A stretch of DNA of 64,000 bases from Octopus sinensis (taxonomy: Eukaryota), in contig NC_043000.1 in NCBI RefSeq assembly GCF_006345805.1, forward strand, positions 1,054,001 to 1,118,000, in the 5' to 3' direction. The position numbers and the translations under genes are program-made. Each line of letters starts with the position of its first letter. The first letter of the stretch is position 1. Under the pieces are notes generated by a model. That model saw nothing but the letters and a program-made list of their open reading frames with translations. It searched no databases and was not told the origin of the DNA. Below are positions 11,248 through 23,151 of the stretch, piece after piece.

Positions 11248-11282
<35 letters not shown>

Positions 11283-11542
11283 TATTAATAATTAGTAGGG
11301 GATTTCTCTAAATGTTTGGCTGTTTGCTCACAGTTAGGTATTCAAAATAGGTTATTCACTGGTTAGTATATAAATTCAGTAATAATTCTCATATGATAAG
11401 AATTCAGAGATAAATATTATGTTCTATTATTCTATATATGCCTTTAACCATACCGGTTTCCTGGATTATTTAATATAGATGATGATGATGACGATGGTGA
11501 TGGTAATGGTGGTGGTGATGGTGATGATGATGATCGTGATGG

Positions 11543-11574
<32 letters not shown>

Positions 11575-11743
11575 ATCGTTATTACGTATAATAAGGATTA
11601 TTATGAAGTGGTATTAGCATTACCTTTAATTCCTTTTGATATATATACTACAGCCTCAAATAGACCTACATTTGTTTCTCCAGCATCGATTAGTAATCGC
11701 TGCAATTGCAACCTTACTATAACACTGGTGTAGTTATATATAT

Positions 11744-11962
11744 TCCTTTATTCTTTTATCTGTTTCAGTCATTTTACTGCAGCCATGCTGGAGTGCCGCC
11801 TTTTTGTCGAACAAATTGACCCCAGGACTTATTCTTTGTAAGCCTAGTACTTATTCTATCGGTCTCTCTTTGCCGAAACCGCTAAGTTTCGGGGACGTAA
11901 ACACACCAACATGGGTTTACAAACGATGGTCGGGGGACAAACACAGACACACACACATACAC

Positions 11963-12036
<74 letters not shown>

Positions 12037-12194
12037 ACGGGCGTCTTTCAGTTTCTGTCGACCAAATCCTCTCACAAGCATTTGGCCGGCTCGAAGCAAT
12101 AGTATATGACACTTGCCCAAGGTACCACGCAGTAGGAGTGAACCCGGAACCATGTGGTTAGTAAGCAAGCTACTAACCACTCAGCCACTCTTGC
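11744..12194 (-). mobile_element. SINE group B
   Basis: Full head-to-tail copy with an internal (CA)/(TA) run. Confidence 0.85.
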
Positions 12195-12487
12195 ATATCT
12201 AAGACGTTTTCATAAACTTCGAGGCGGTGTAAAATCAGTTTGTTTGTTTTTTCTTTCGCGAGGAGAAAATGGATTTCGACGTAAACAGAGTTATAAATAA
12301 AAGCGTGTAATAATAGAAAATATGGATGAACACATGACAGGCGTTCTGCCGTTGGACCAAAGCAATTCCCTCGAATTTCTCTATCCATTTTAGAAATTTT
12401 ATTTAAATGCAGTTAACGTCATGAATACTTTCAGAAACTTCGAGAGAACGTGAAATAATTCCTTTTATTGGAACGACAAATCCCAAC

Positions 12488-12545
<58 letters not shown>

Positions 12546-12621
12546 ATACATATACTCACGCTCACGAAAACACTCACACTGATACATCCACACACATACA
12601 CGCATACACATATTTATATCC

Positions 12622-12625
12622 TTGA

Positions 12626-12665
<40 letters not shown>

Positions 12666-12898
12666 AGGGAGGGGAGGAATAAATAAAGAAAGAAAGAAGG
12701 GAGGGGAGGAAGGAAATAAAGAAAGAAAGAAAGAAAGAAAAGAAAAGAAAGGAAGAAAAAATGAAAGAAACAAAGAGAGAGAGAGAAAGAAAAAAGAAAG
12801 AAAAAGAAAGAAAGAAAGAAGTGAGGGGAGGGAAAAGGAAAGAAAGAATGAAAGAAAGAAAAAAGAAAAAAGAAAGAATGGAGGGAAGGAAGGAAGGA

Positions 12899-12930
<32 letters not shown>

Positions 12931-12984
12931 AAAGAAAAGAAAGGAAAAAAATGAAAGAAACAAAGAGAGAGAGAGAGAAAGAAA

Positions 12985-13019
<35 letters not shown>

Positions 13020-13146
13020 GGAAGAAGTGAGGGGAGGGAGAAAGGAAAGAAAGAAAGAAAGAAGGAAAGAAAGAAAGAAGGAAGGAAAGAAAGAAAAAGA
13101 AAGAAAGAAGGAAAGAAGGAAAGAAAGAAAGAAGGAAAGAAAGAAA

Positions 13147-13187
<41 letters not shown>

Positions 13188-13200
13188 AAACAGGAAAATA
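12622..13200. repeat. Polypurine (GAAA)n compound microsatellite with an internal ~190-bp higher-order duplication
   Basis: Almost pure A/G. AAAAATGAAAGAAACAAAGAGAGAGAG occurs twice about 190 bp apart. Confidence 0.9.
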
Positions 13201-14336
13201 AAGAGAAAAGTGGTGCAGGTGTACCTTAGACAAATTTATTGTCACGCTTTTGTAATACAAGAGATAGCTTCAGGTCAAATGTACGGGAAAAGGTATTAAA
13301 CTTTTCAAATAATATCAGATACAGGTGAAATAATAAGTGCAGAGTAAATCAAGGTAAGTGAACCAGAAACAGACCTATATCCTCTTATATTTCTTCCAAT
13401 AACAATGAGCAATATGTTTATTTAGGTCACCTCTTTCTTACAGATTCTTCATATCAATTTTCCGGCAATTTGCATTCCGGCATTTTGATAATCCGTCAAT
13501 AGGTATGAGTAAGGCTTCTCTATATACAATGGTGTCTGGTTTTGGCATAGAGCAAGACATTTTGAAAGAAGCGGGTTAGCGATCCAGTACTTGACTGGTA
13601 CTTTGTTTCGTCGACCTTCGAGAGATGAAAGGCAAAGCTAACCTCTGCAAGATTTGAAATCAGAACGTGAAGAAGCGGAACAAGTAGTGTCTTATTTTCT
13701 TTTTGTGATTTTTCTTTTTTAGGCACAAACTCAACAGTTTAATAGAGAATTATCTCAGGTTTTTTATGAGAGGAGATTTCGTGCAATCAATCCGGCACAA
13801 AGGTATAGAAAAAACGATAGCGCACCTACACTCAGGCAATCATACATACACACACATACACATATGTATTATGTCTGTACGTATGTATGTATGTATGTAT
13901 GTATGTATGTATGTATGTATGTATGTATGTATGTATGTATGCGCAAATATATTTATATATGCATATATATTGTTGTCGAACGGTTTTTCTACATCAGTGA
14001 CTGTGGTTACTGTGAAAATCCATATATATCCAGCCTGTAGAGGAAGTCCCTCAACGAAGAACGGTGCTTACCATGCGTTGATAAGAGGCAAATACCTCGA
14101 AACCGGTCCGTATGTAGTATCCGTATCTTCGGGGAGGCTGATCTCCCTTTGCAGGCTGGCAAGGACACCGAGATGGTGTCAGCCCTTCTGGTGACGTTGA
14201 TGATCGCCTGGGGCTAAATGCATCAGTAACACCCCCACTACCCCGCCCTGTCCCTAGCCACATTCAGATGGCTGATCCCCCTCATGTTATAGAGCAGTTA
14301 CTGTTTATATCTCGCTCAGAGATTTATTATTGTTAT

Positions 14337-14378
<42 letters not shown>

Positions 14379-14497
14379 ATATATATACATATATATTCCT
14401 TTGGTTTCTGAATTACAACTATTTAGCGGTTTGAGTTTAGCTGCTCTTTCTAGTGGGTCGAATGGCCTATCAAGGCCATTCCTTAATATTGTTGAAA

Positions 14498-14534
<37 letters not shown>

Positions 14535-14631
14535 AAGTAATGGTGTCATTGAGACCCAAAGGTGTCAGGTAATGCTGAGTGAGTGCTATACACAGACCAT
14601 AGTTAAGGTTCAGGGTTGGTCATATAACAGC

Positions 14632-14778
14632 GTGTGTATATAAGAATTTTTTGCGTAATGCGATAAAAAAAAACCAAGGCTGTGTTGATATCAGAACATT
14701 TATAGATAGAAGGTCTATCTATAAATGTTCTAATATCTACACATGCTTGGCATTTTATCTCATTACGCAAAAAATTCT

Positions 14779-14789
<11 letters not shown>
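14632..14789. repeat. Long imperfect palindrome (fold-back)
   Basis: TATAAGAATTTTTTGCGTAATG...AGATAGA-agg-TCTATCT...CATTACGCAAAAAATTCTTATA, with a 3-nt loop. Confidence 0.9.
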
Positions 14790-14830
<41 letters not shown>

Positions 14831-15039
14831 ATATATATATATATATAATACAATTGTAATAACCATATTTTAACACAACAAAGCTTGTACAAAGCTTTAC
14901 ATTTTACTTTTGATAATCATTTTTTTTTTAAAGTGAAGCTGGTCAAGTCAATAAACACCCCTAAAAGACCTCTGCATTTTCAAACCCTCTTTGCTATAAA
15001 TATGTGTGTGTGCGTATCACTCTATCGACCAGACTCTAA

Positions 15040-15252
15040 GATGTGGTGTTATACACCACTGGTCACAATGCGATTCCACGTATTGTTGTGTCTTTCGAAA
15101 GATTCTACCCCGCTGGCTAGGCGAGCAAGCCTACATTTCTCCTGAACAGGACACCACTCCTTTCCATGATTACACATTTATAGCTGAGTGGACTGGAGCA
15201 ACATGAAATGAAGTGTTTTGTTCAAGACCACAACGCGTCGCCCAGTCCAGGA
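15040..15252 (-). mobile_element. SINE group D (CORE-like), diverged
   Basis: Reverse complement of GTGGTCTTGAACAAAACACTTCATTTCATGTTGCTCCAGTCCACTCAGCT. Confidence 0.7.
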
Positions 15253-16459
15253 CATTTTGTTGATTAAATTTGAGGCAATGTTATTGTTTAGAATTTATTC
15301 ATATACGTAGAAACTTCTAAGCAAGTGTGCATATTTAGGTGTGTCCTTTTTGTTAGGTATGTACAGGATATGTTAGTATTTTTATTCACTTTTGGCTTTA
15401 TTGGATTTAATGCTTTCCTTTGACAATGTAAAAGTCTAAGGTACAGAGTTCATTATTTAAAACCTTAGTTATTGGGTGTGTCAACATTTGTTGTAATGGA
15501 ATTTTTTAGGAGTTCATAAAGATTGTACGTAGCGAGTATGATTTAGCTCTGCGTTTCTCGACTATTTTTTATCTGTGGACCCCTTTGATTACTCTTTTAT
15601 TCTGGTGGGCCCCCATTGCTATAGAATGTTTCATAACTAGTTTTCTAGAAACTTCTTTCAAGATTCTTGTTTGGTTTTTCACATAACCTGCCTAGGTTGA
15701 GCTACATAAAATGTTAGAGAAAGAAATCTAGCTGTTTCTTGCAATACATACCAATACATTCATCTAAAGCAGAATTTTTTCAGGGTCCCTTAAAATACTA
15801 TTGAGGATCATTGGCAAACTCCAGAGGTGACACTTTCATTTCCCCTTAGCCCTCACGTCACACAGTTGTTAATGTTTATTTGAGTTGGGTCACGCCCTTC
15901 CAATTGCTATAGATCCGTAATGCATCTTACGGCTGTATCGGTCACCTGTAAGGTGAGGAATCCTACATTGGAGAGTGGTAATGACTAGGGTAGGGTAGCT
16001 GACTGCTTTTTGTGATCATTCATCTTTTGGTTTCCTGTAGCTTTGCTTTCTGTTACAAACTCAGTGAACATTCATATATTCCCAATTCCAAAGAAATTTG
16101 AACAATAGATATAAGTCACAAGTTAAAAATGATTTCCAACAATTCAACTTCTCTATTTAACTTTAAGATCCCCCCCCACTCCAAGAGGGGCATTAACTCA
16201 CACATTTTAGAGCTCTATGTGCTCCATTTTCCAGGAGCAAAAACCTTTCAATAGGTTTTATAAGATTTGGGTTTTGGAATCTGGGCATAAAGATGAGTAG
16301 TATGGGATAAATATATCAAGATTAGGATTTTTGTTAGGGTGTGTAAAGAGGGAAAGAACCCCCCATTAAAATTCTTAATCTCCAATTTTGCTGAAATTCG
16401 AACCATAGGTATTCCAGTTCATTGGAGAAAATATAAAAGAAAAATCTAATTCTTTAATT

Positions 16460-18060
16460 TCATTTGACACAGGCAACGTCGGATATCTCTGCTAGTGTTC
16501 GATAAAAATGACTTAAAACAAAAAACGGCCTTTGAGCTGCATATTCATCTTGGGAAAGAGTTGAAAGTCCATAGGTGCTAAATCTGGCGAATATGGTAGG
16601 TGGGGAGTGATACCATGTTGCTTTTGGCGAGAAACTCACGAGTGAGGAAAACTCGTTGACAGGGTGCATTGTCGTCGTGAAGAATCCAATTCTTCGCACT
16701 CCACAGATCCGGTCGCTTTCACCGAATGTCCTCTTTCATACGTTTCAAAGTATTGCAATAGAACTTTCGATTGACGGTCTGGCCCCGGGGGGGACGAATT
16801 GTCGATGCACAACACCGTGGATATCGGGAGGTAAAACGATTAGCATGCTCTTGATTGAGCTGCGGCTTTGTCATGTCGTCTTCGATCTTGGAATTTGATG
16901 GCTCGTCCATTGTGACGACTGCTGCTTCGTCCCAGGGTCGTATCCGTAAACCCAACTATCGTTACCGGTAGTGATCCTCGAATTGAAAGATGGATCATCA
17001 GTGGCACGTTAACGGAGATCTTTACAAACTTCGACGCGATGTTCTTTCTGCTCAGTGATCAGCAAGCGTGAGACAAACTTGGCAGAGACACGCTGCGTGT
17101 TCAATTCAGACGTTAAGGTTGCCTGCACAGACCCATACGGCAAACCGACATCAGCAATATCGTTAATTGTCCTCCGGTGATCCTCATACACAAGCTGATG
17201 AATTTTCGCAACATTTCTCGGGTTGACGCTCGTGACAGGTCTTCCAGAAGGCGGCGACCTTGCAGAAACGTTAGCACGCCGGGCGAAATGCTTAGCGGTA
17301 TTTCGTCTGCCGTTACGTTCTGAGTTCAAATTCCGCCGAGGTCGACTTTGCCTTTCATCCTTTCGGGGTCGATAAATTAAGTACCAGTTACGCACTGGGG
17401 TCGATGTAATCGACTTAATACCTATGTCTGTCCTTGTTTGTAATCGACTTAATACCTATGTCTGTCCTTGTTTGTCCCCTCTGTGTTTAGCCCCTTGTGG
17501 GTAGTAAAGAAATAGGTATTTCGTCTGCCGTTACGTTCTGAGTTCAAATTCCGCCGAGGTTGACTTTGCCTTTCATCCTTTCGGAGTCGATTAAATAAGT
17601 AGCAGTTACGCACTGGGGTCTATATAATCGACTTAATCCCTTTGTCTGTCCTTGTTTGTCCCCTCTATATTTAGCCCCTTGTGGGCAATAAAGAAATAAG
17701 GTCTTCCAGACCGCTCATCATCTTCCGTGCCCGTCCTCCCGATTTTGAAGCGACCGTTCCACTCAAAACATTGCGTACGACCCATTGCCTCGTCATCGTA
17801 AGCTTGCCGAAGCATGTCCAAAGTCTCTGTAGCAAACTTCCCAAGTTTAACGCAAAAATTCACGTTGGCTCTTTGTTCCAACTTCCTGTTCCTAACAAAA
17901 TCGCAGACTACAGCACACACGTGACCACAAAAACACAAAATTCACAACTTGTGAAGTAAACACAGCAATGTCACTCGGCACACTGCCTTATGAAGGTCAC
18001 TGCTAGCTCTCACTGCGCACGCAACCGTGCGCTACCTTCCGTTAGCGTGCTACAGAACTA
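16460..18060 (-). mobile_element. Decayed mariner (DD34D-type) transposon interrupted by a SINE
   Basis: Minus-strand pieces give KLEQRANVNFCVKLGK...EDDERSGRP, ITTGNDSWVYGYDP, HDDNAPC and PPYSPDLAPMDF, with stops and frameshifts. TIRs not recognised. Confidence 0.92.
17249..17698 (+). mobile_element. SINE group A (head plus two bodies) inserted in the mariner
   Basis: 12-bp TSD AGGTCTTCCAGA at 17237-17248 and 17699-17710. Confidence 0.92.
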
Positions 18061-18124
18061 GATATCTGAATAACCCACAAACGGCTATTTCAAAATATAA
18101 CGTTTCACACACACACACACACAC

Positions 18125-18161
<37 letters not shown>

Positions 18162-18214
18162 GCAAACACACGCACACACTGAAACTGTGTGTGTATGTGC
18201 GTGAATTTGAATTT

Positions 18215-18478
18215 GAACTCAGATTTGAGCCGCAGACGAAATATCTATTTCTTTACTACCCACAAGGGGCTAAACACAGAGGGGACAAACAAGGACAGAC
18301 AAACGGATTAAGTCGATTGTATCGACCCCAGTGCGTAACTGGTACTTAATTTATCGACCCCGAAAGGATGAAAGGCAAAGTCGACCTCGGCGGAATTTGA
18401 ACACAGAACGTGGCGGCAGACGAAATACGGCTACGCATTTCGCCCAGCGTGCTAACGTTTCTGCCAGCTCGCCGCCTT
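18215..18478 (-). mobile_element. SINE group A
   Basis: Head at 18478 plus body. Confidence 0.85.
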
Positions 18479-18904
18479 AACTGTCATTAAAATAACATAT
18501 GTAACTGAGTGTCACTTTCGTTTGTTTGTCTACTCATTAGTATATATATATGTGTGTGTGTGTGTGTGTATGTGCATACATGCGTACATACATGTACCTG
18601 TCAACAAATCTTAGTTGATTCATACAAATCTAGGGCTCGACGGAACATATAAAATAACTTAAATACTGTCAATGCGCAGTTGTGAAATGGAATTATAAAT
18701 CAAGATTTTAATTAGTACAGTAACAAAAATGAAACGTTTACTAATGTTGTCAATGCCTTGAGGTTATCATATTCGTCAGGCAGAAATTAAATACAAAATT
18801 TAAAAAAGAACTGCGCTTATTTATTAGTATCTGAACTGGTTTACTGATGTTAGTAATATGATACGCCATTTAAGAAAATGTATCAGGCAACTATAACGTT
18901 TTCT

Positions 18905-19275
18905 ATCGTTGGCCCACACCTTGTAAACTTTTGCAGAAGTATATAACCGCAACAAAATATATTTCATGGTTTCGTGGATCAAAATGCAATATATATGGGA
19001 AACTACCACCTGTGTCATCTCTTGTGAAAGGTAGGAGAGTCCAGTTTGCTGGACATTGTTGTAGAGCTGAAAAAGAAGTAATTTCTACTCTTCTCCTCTG
19101 GAAGCCATCTACTCGCAATACCAGAGGGCGCACACTCTCCTACCCTGATGTAATCTCCAGGGATACAGGCATCCAGCAACAGGACCTCCGTAATGCCATG
19201 ATGGACCGTGAAGTCTGGCGTAGCATGGTAAATTCCATTGTCTCGACCACGGTCGAACAATGATGATGATGATGG
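18905..19275 (+). mobile_element. RTE-type LINE, 5'-truncated 3' end
   Basis: IYGKLPPVSSLVKGRRVQFAGHCCRA...GRTLSYPDVISRDTG...AMMDREVWR followed by a (TGA)n tail. Confidence 0.85.
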
Positions 19276-19684
19276 ATCAAGGAATCAGGACAGGCAAAAT
19301 AGGATTCTTGAGGAATTGAACACATAAAAGAAAGTTAAAAATAAGCTTTTCTGCAAAAGGCATAAGACCTGTAATTTTAAGGGAGAGGATTAGTCGATTG
19401 CATCGACCCCAGCGCTCAACTGGTACTTATTTTATTGACTCCGAAGAATGAAAGGAAAAGTCAGCCTCAGCTGATTGCAAATTTTGGCACAGGGCCAGCA
19501 GTTTGGGAGGAATGGGTAAATCGATCACATCAACCCAGGTGTTCAACTGGTACCTGTTTTATGGAGCCCGAAAGGATGAAAGGCGAAGTCAACTTCAGCA
19601 GAATTTGAACTCAAAATATAAAGACAAACGAAGTGCCGGCGTGCTAACGATTCTTCCAGCTCAACGCCTTAGCAATATCAGAAT

Positions 19685-20106
19685 CTAGCAGTATAGCCCG
19701 GCGTTGCTCGGGTTTGTTTTTTAGTTGCGCTTAAAACGGCAGACTTTGATGTCGCGTTAACAAAGTTTTGACATAATTTCAATCTTTTTTGAAAAGTAAA
19801 AATTTTGCATTATGTAGTTTGTTATTCTCTTTAAGTGAACATTTTTCTGGTTGAAATACACTGAAAAATGGCGACACAGCAGTCAAAAAATTGGAATTTT
19901 CGTAGAAAAAAATCACCTTTTGTTGTAAAAAATTTTTGGTGTTAACATGGTCCGATTTGAATTGTTTCTTCTACGGAATGAAGAAGCAAGCCTTCTATCA
20001 TACTCTCAATTTTGGTCAACTTGCGCCGCAGGGTCTCGAAGGAGATAGTGTTAGTTGAAGGCTACCAAACCTGCCACACACGGACATACAGCTTTATGTG
20101 TATAGA
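19685..20106 (-). mobile_element. Non-autonomous Helitron (body type 3)
   Basis: Same 3' hairpin and CTAG, TC start at 20106, unrelated internal sequence. Confidence 0.8.
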
Positions 20107-20530
20107 TAATTATTTCCTCTATAGCCACAAGGCCTAGAATTTGTGGAGATGGGTATAGTTGATTATATCGATCCCGGTGCTTGACTGGTTCTTATTTTAT
20201 TGACCTCAAATGATAACAGGAAAAGTTGACCTCGGCAGAGTTTGAACTCAAAACTTAAAGACGAGTGAAGTGCCGCTACACATTTTTTCCGGCGTGCTAA
20301 CGATTCTGCCAGCTCGCAGCCTTAGGAACGTTAAAAATAATAGCAACAAAGCATTTAGAACTACGTTCTAAGCAAGTGATTATCCTAAATGTCATGGTGG
20401 TGAAACGGCTTCTCGTCTGAAAACTGTTGCATTTGATTTACTTAAGTCATAAATGGTATTAGTGAAGACATGAATGCCACAGATTTCTATTTCTGCCACT
20501 CCCAAAAAAAAATTGAATTAAATTTAAAAA

Positions 20531-20589
<59 letters not shown>

Positions 20590-20740
20590 TTTAATTTAAC
20601 TTAAAAAAAAAAATTTTAAATGAACGAACTATTGAGTTTGGTTTCATGGCCTACCAATGTATACTATGAGTTTCTTTGTCCTAGGAGTCGGGAAGACACT
20701 CGGCAAGAAATGGAAGCAAATTTGAAAGAAGAAAAAAAAA

Positions 20741-20805
<65 letters not shown>

Positions 20806-20808
<3 letters not shown>

Positions 20809-21168
20809 ACTAAAACAATACCTGTTGTCATAGGTGCCTTGGAAACGATAGCAAAGGGGGCTGATTACTACCTATCTCAGATACCAGGAAACCCCAAAAG
20901 GCAGAAATTCAAAAGATAGTTCTCATGGGAACTGCCCATATACTACGCAAAATACTTTCTATGTAATCTCAAATTTTAAAACAAACATAATTTTCTTATG
21001 GTTTCTTAAACATTCTCTAGAACAAAACTATGTACAAAACCAGGCTTAACAACATGAATTTCCAACTTGTTGTCTCTTGAGTTCTCTGGGTGAAACTTGG
21101 AGCCAAATTGTACAAACGTAAAGCAAAAGTCAAACATAAAATAATAATAATAATAATATAATAATAAT
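20806..21168 (+). mobile_element. RLE non-LTR retrotransposon (R4/Dong-like), 5'-truncated, set in (TAA)n
   Basis: ETKTIPVVIGAL...EIQKIVLMGTAHILRKILSM*, then a 3' UTR. (AAT)n lies directly upstream and (TAA)n downstream. Confidence 0.8.
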
Positions 21169-21340
21169 CTGAGTCAATAATAATTACTTAAGTCACAAAT
21201 GGCACTTAGTGAGGGCATGAATATCACGAGTCCTATTTCTGCTACCAATTTCCGAATTACCCATTTCTGCCTCAAATGATTCCAAATGAAGGTATGAATG
21301 TCAGAATCCTATTTCTACTACTCCCCAAAATATTCTAGGT

Positions 21341-21612
21341 TTCTGTTGTGTCTGGAGAGAGTCATTTTCTTTTTGTGCCTTATAATGTAACACACTCACT
21401 AGTAAAATTTCCACTTATTTCTTATTTTTATTTTCCTAAAATTTTCGTTGCGTCTTGCAACCTTTTCAATATTCTTGACTCTCTTGAAAAGGTTGCAAGA
21501 CGCAACGAAAATTTTAGGAAAATAAAAATAAGAAATAAGTGGAAATTTTACCGGTGAGTGTGTTAAATTATAAGGTACAAAAAGAAAATGTCTCTCCCTA
21601 GACACAACAGAA
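21341..21612. repeat. Inverted repeat, ~129-bp arms, 14-bp spacer
   Basis: 21341-21469 is the reverse complement of 21484-21612. The same sequence occurs unfolded at 62008-62191. Confidence 0.9.
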
Positions 21613-21839
21613 TATGCTTCAAGACACGAACTCATATAAAGAATCTTGCAAACCAAATCCAAAAACGAAATATTCTAGGTTTAATTTATTTATCTTATAA
21701 ATTACTCTTAGTGAAGGCATGAATGTCACAGAATCCTATTTGTATTACACTCCACCTTCCAAAAAGTATTTTGTATCTTGCTTAGGTTCTTTTTCTTTTT
21801 TTTTTCTTTTCTCTTTTCACAAAAGACTCTCAGTGGAAT

Positions 21840-23097
21840 CATGAATTTCAAGGAATTTCTGCTCCTTTAAAAAATATTCTGGGGCCGTTTACTTTACTTT
21901 TGTCATAAATGAAATTTAGTGAAGGCATGAATGTCACAGAATCCTATGTTCTGCTTCTATTATGATTATATTATTCAATCAAGTAAATAAATAAAAAGAT
22001 TTCAAAGAATTTTGTTTCTGCTCCTTTAAAAAATATTCTGGGGGGCCGTTTACTTTATTTTGTCATAAATGAAATTAGTGAAGGCATGAATGTCACAGAA
22101 TCCTATGTTCTGCTTCTATTATGATTAATTATTCAATCAAGTAAATAATAAAAAGATTCAAAGAATTTTGTTTCTGCTCCTTAAAAAATATTCTGGGGCC
22201 GTTTACTTTACTTTTGTCATAAATGAAATTTAGTGAAGGCATGAATGTCACAGAATCCTATGTTCTGCTTCTATTATGATTATATTATTCAATCAAGTAA
22301 ATAAATAAAAAGATTTCAAAGAATTTTGTTTCTGCTCCTTTAAAAAATATTCTGGGGCCGTTTACTTTACTTTTGTCATAAATGAAATTTAGTGAAGGCA
22401 TGAATGTCACAGAATCCTATGTTCTGCTTCTATTATGATTATATTATTTAATCAAGTAAATAAATAAAAAGATTTCAAAGAATTTTGTTTCTGCTCCTTT
22501 AAAAAATATTCTGGGGCCGTTTACTTTACTTTTGTCATAAATGAAATTTAGTGAAGGCATGAATGTCACAGAATCCTATGTTCTGCTTCTATTATGTTTA
22601 TATTATTTAATCAAGTAAATAAAGAAAAAGATTTCAAAGAATTTTGTTTCTGCTCCTTAAAAAACTATTCTGGGGCCGTTTACTTTGCTTTTGTCATAAA
22701 TGAAATTTAGTGAAGGCATGAATGTCACAGAATCCTATGTTCTGCTTCTATTATGATTATATTATTTAATCAAGTAAATAAAGAAAAAGATTTCAAAGAA
22801 TTTTGTTTCTGCTCCTTAAAAAACTATTCTGGGGCCGTTTACTTTGCTTTTGTCATAAATGAAATTTAGTGAAGGCATGAATGTCACAGAATCCTATGTT
22901 CTGCTTCTATTATGATTATATTATTTAATCAAGTAAAATAAAAAGATTTCAAAGAATTTTGTTCTGCTCCTTAAAAAACTATTCTGGGGCCGTTACTTGC
23001 TTTTGTCATAAATGAATTTAGTGAAGGCATGAATGTCACAGAATCCCTGTTCTGCTTCTATTATGATTATATTATTTAATCAAGTAAATAAATAAAG
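21840..23097. repeat. ~159-bp satellite, ~7.5 copies
   Basis: TGTCATAAATGAAATTTAGTGAAGGCATGAATGTCACAGAATCC recurs at 21901, 22061, 22215, 22374 and onward. Confidence 0.95.
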
Positions 23098-23151
23098 TGA
23101 GGCCAGATTTCACTCCTAACGGAAAGAAAAAACAACGTTCTGTTTACTTAC

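Larger units (their letters stand above)
9696..11253. repeat. ~450-bp tandem repeat, ~1.1 units in one orientation then ~2.3 units inverted
   Basis: TGCCGGGAAG recurs at 9696 and 10146. GTGTTCCCAGCAC recurs at 10194, 10646 and 11098. Orientation flips at 10193/10194, and the array ends in (AT)n. Confidence 0.95.

Noticed and set aside
15250-16400. Old LINE or host exons in the AT-rich unique-looking stretch (also 59600-60150)
   Set aside because: No open frame or recognisable motif on either strand by eye; needs a profile search.
20459-21740. CRISPR-like repeat-spacer pattern of the 32-bp motif
   Set aside because: Spacing is irregular (80-750 bp), the repeats are diverged, and the spacers are TE fragments.
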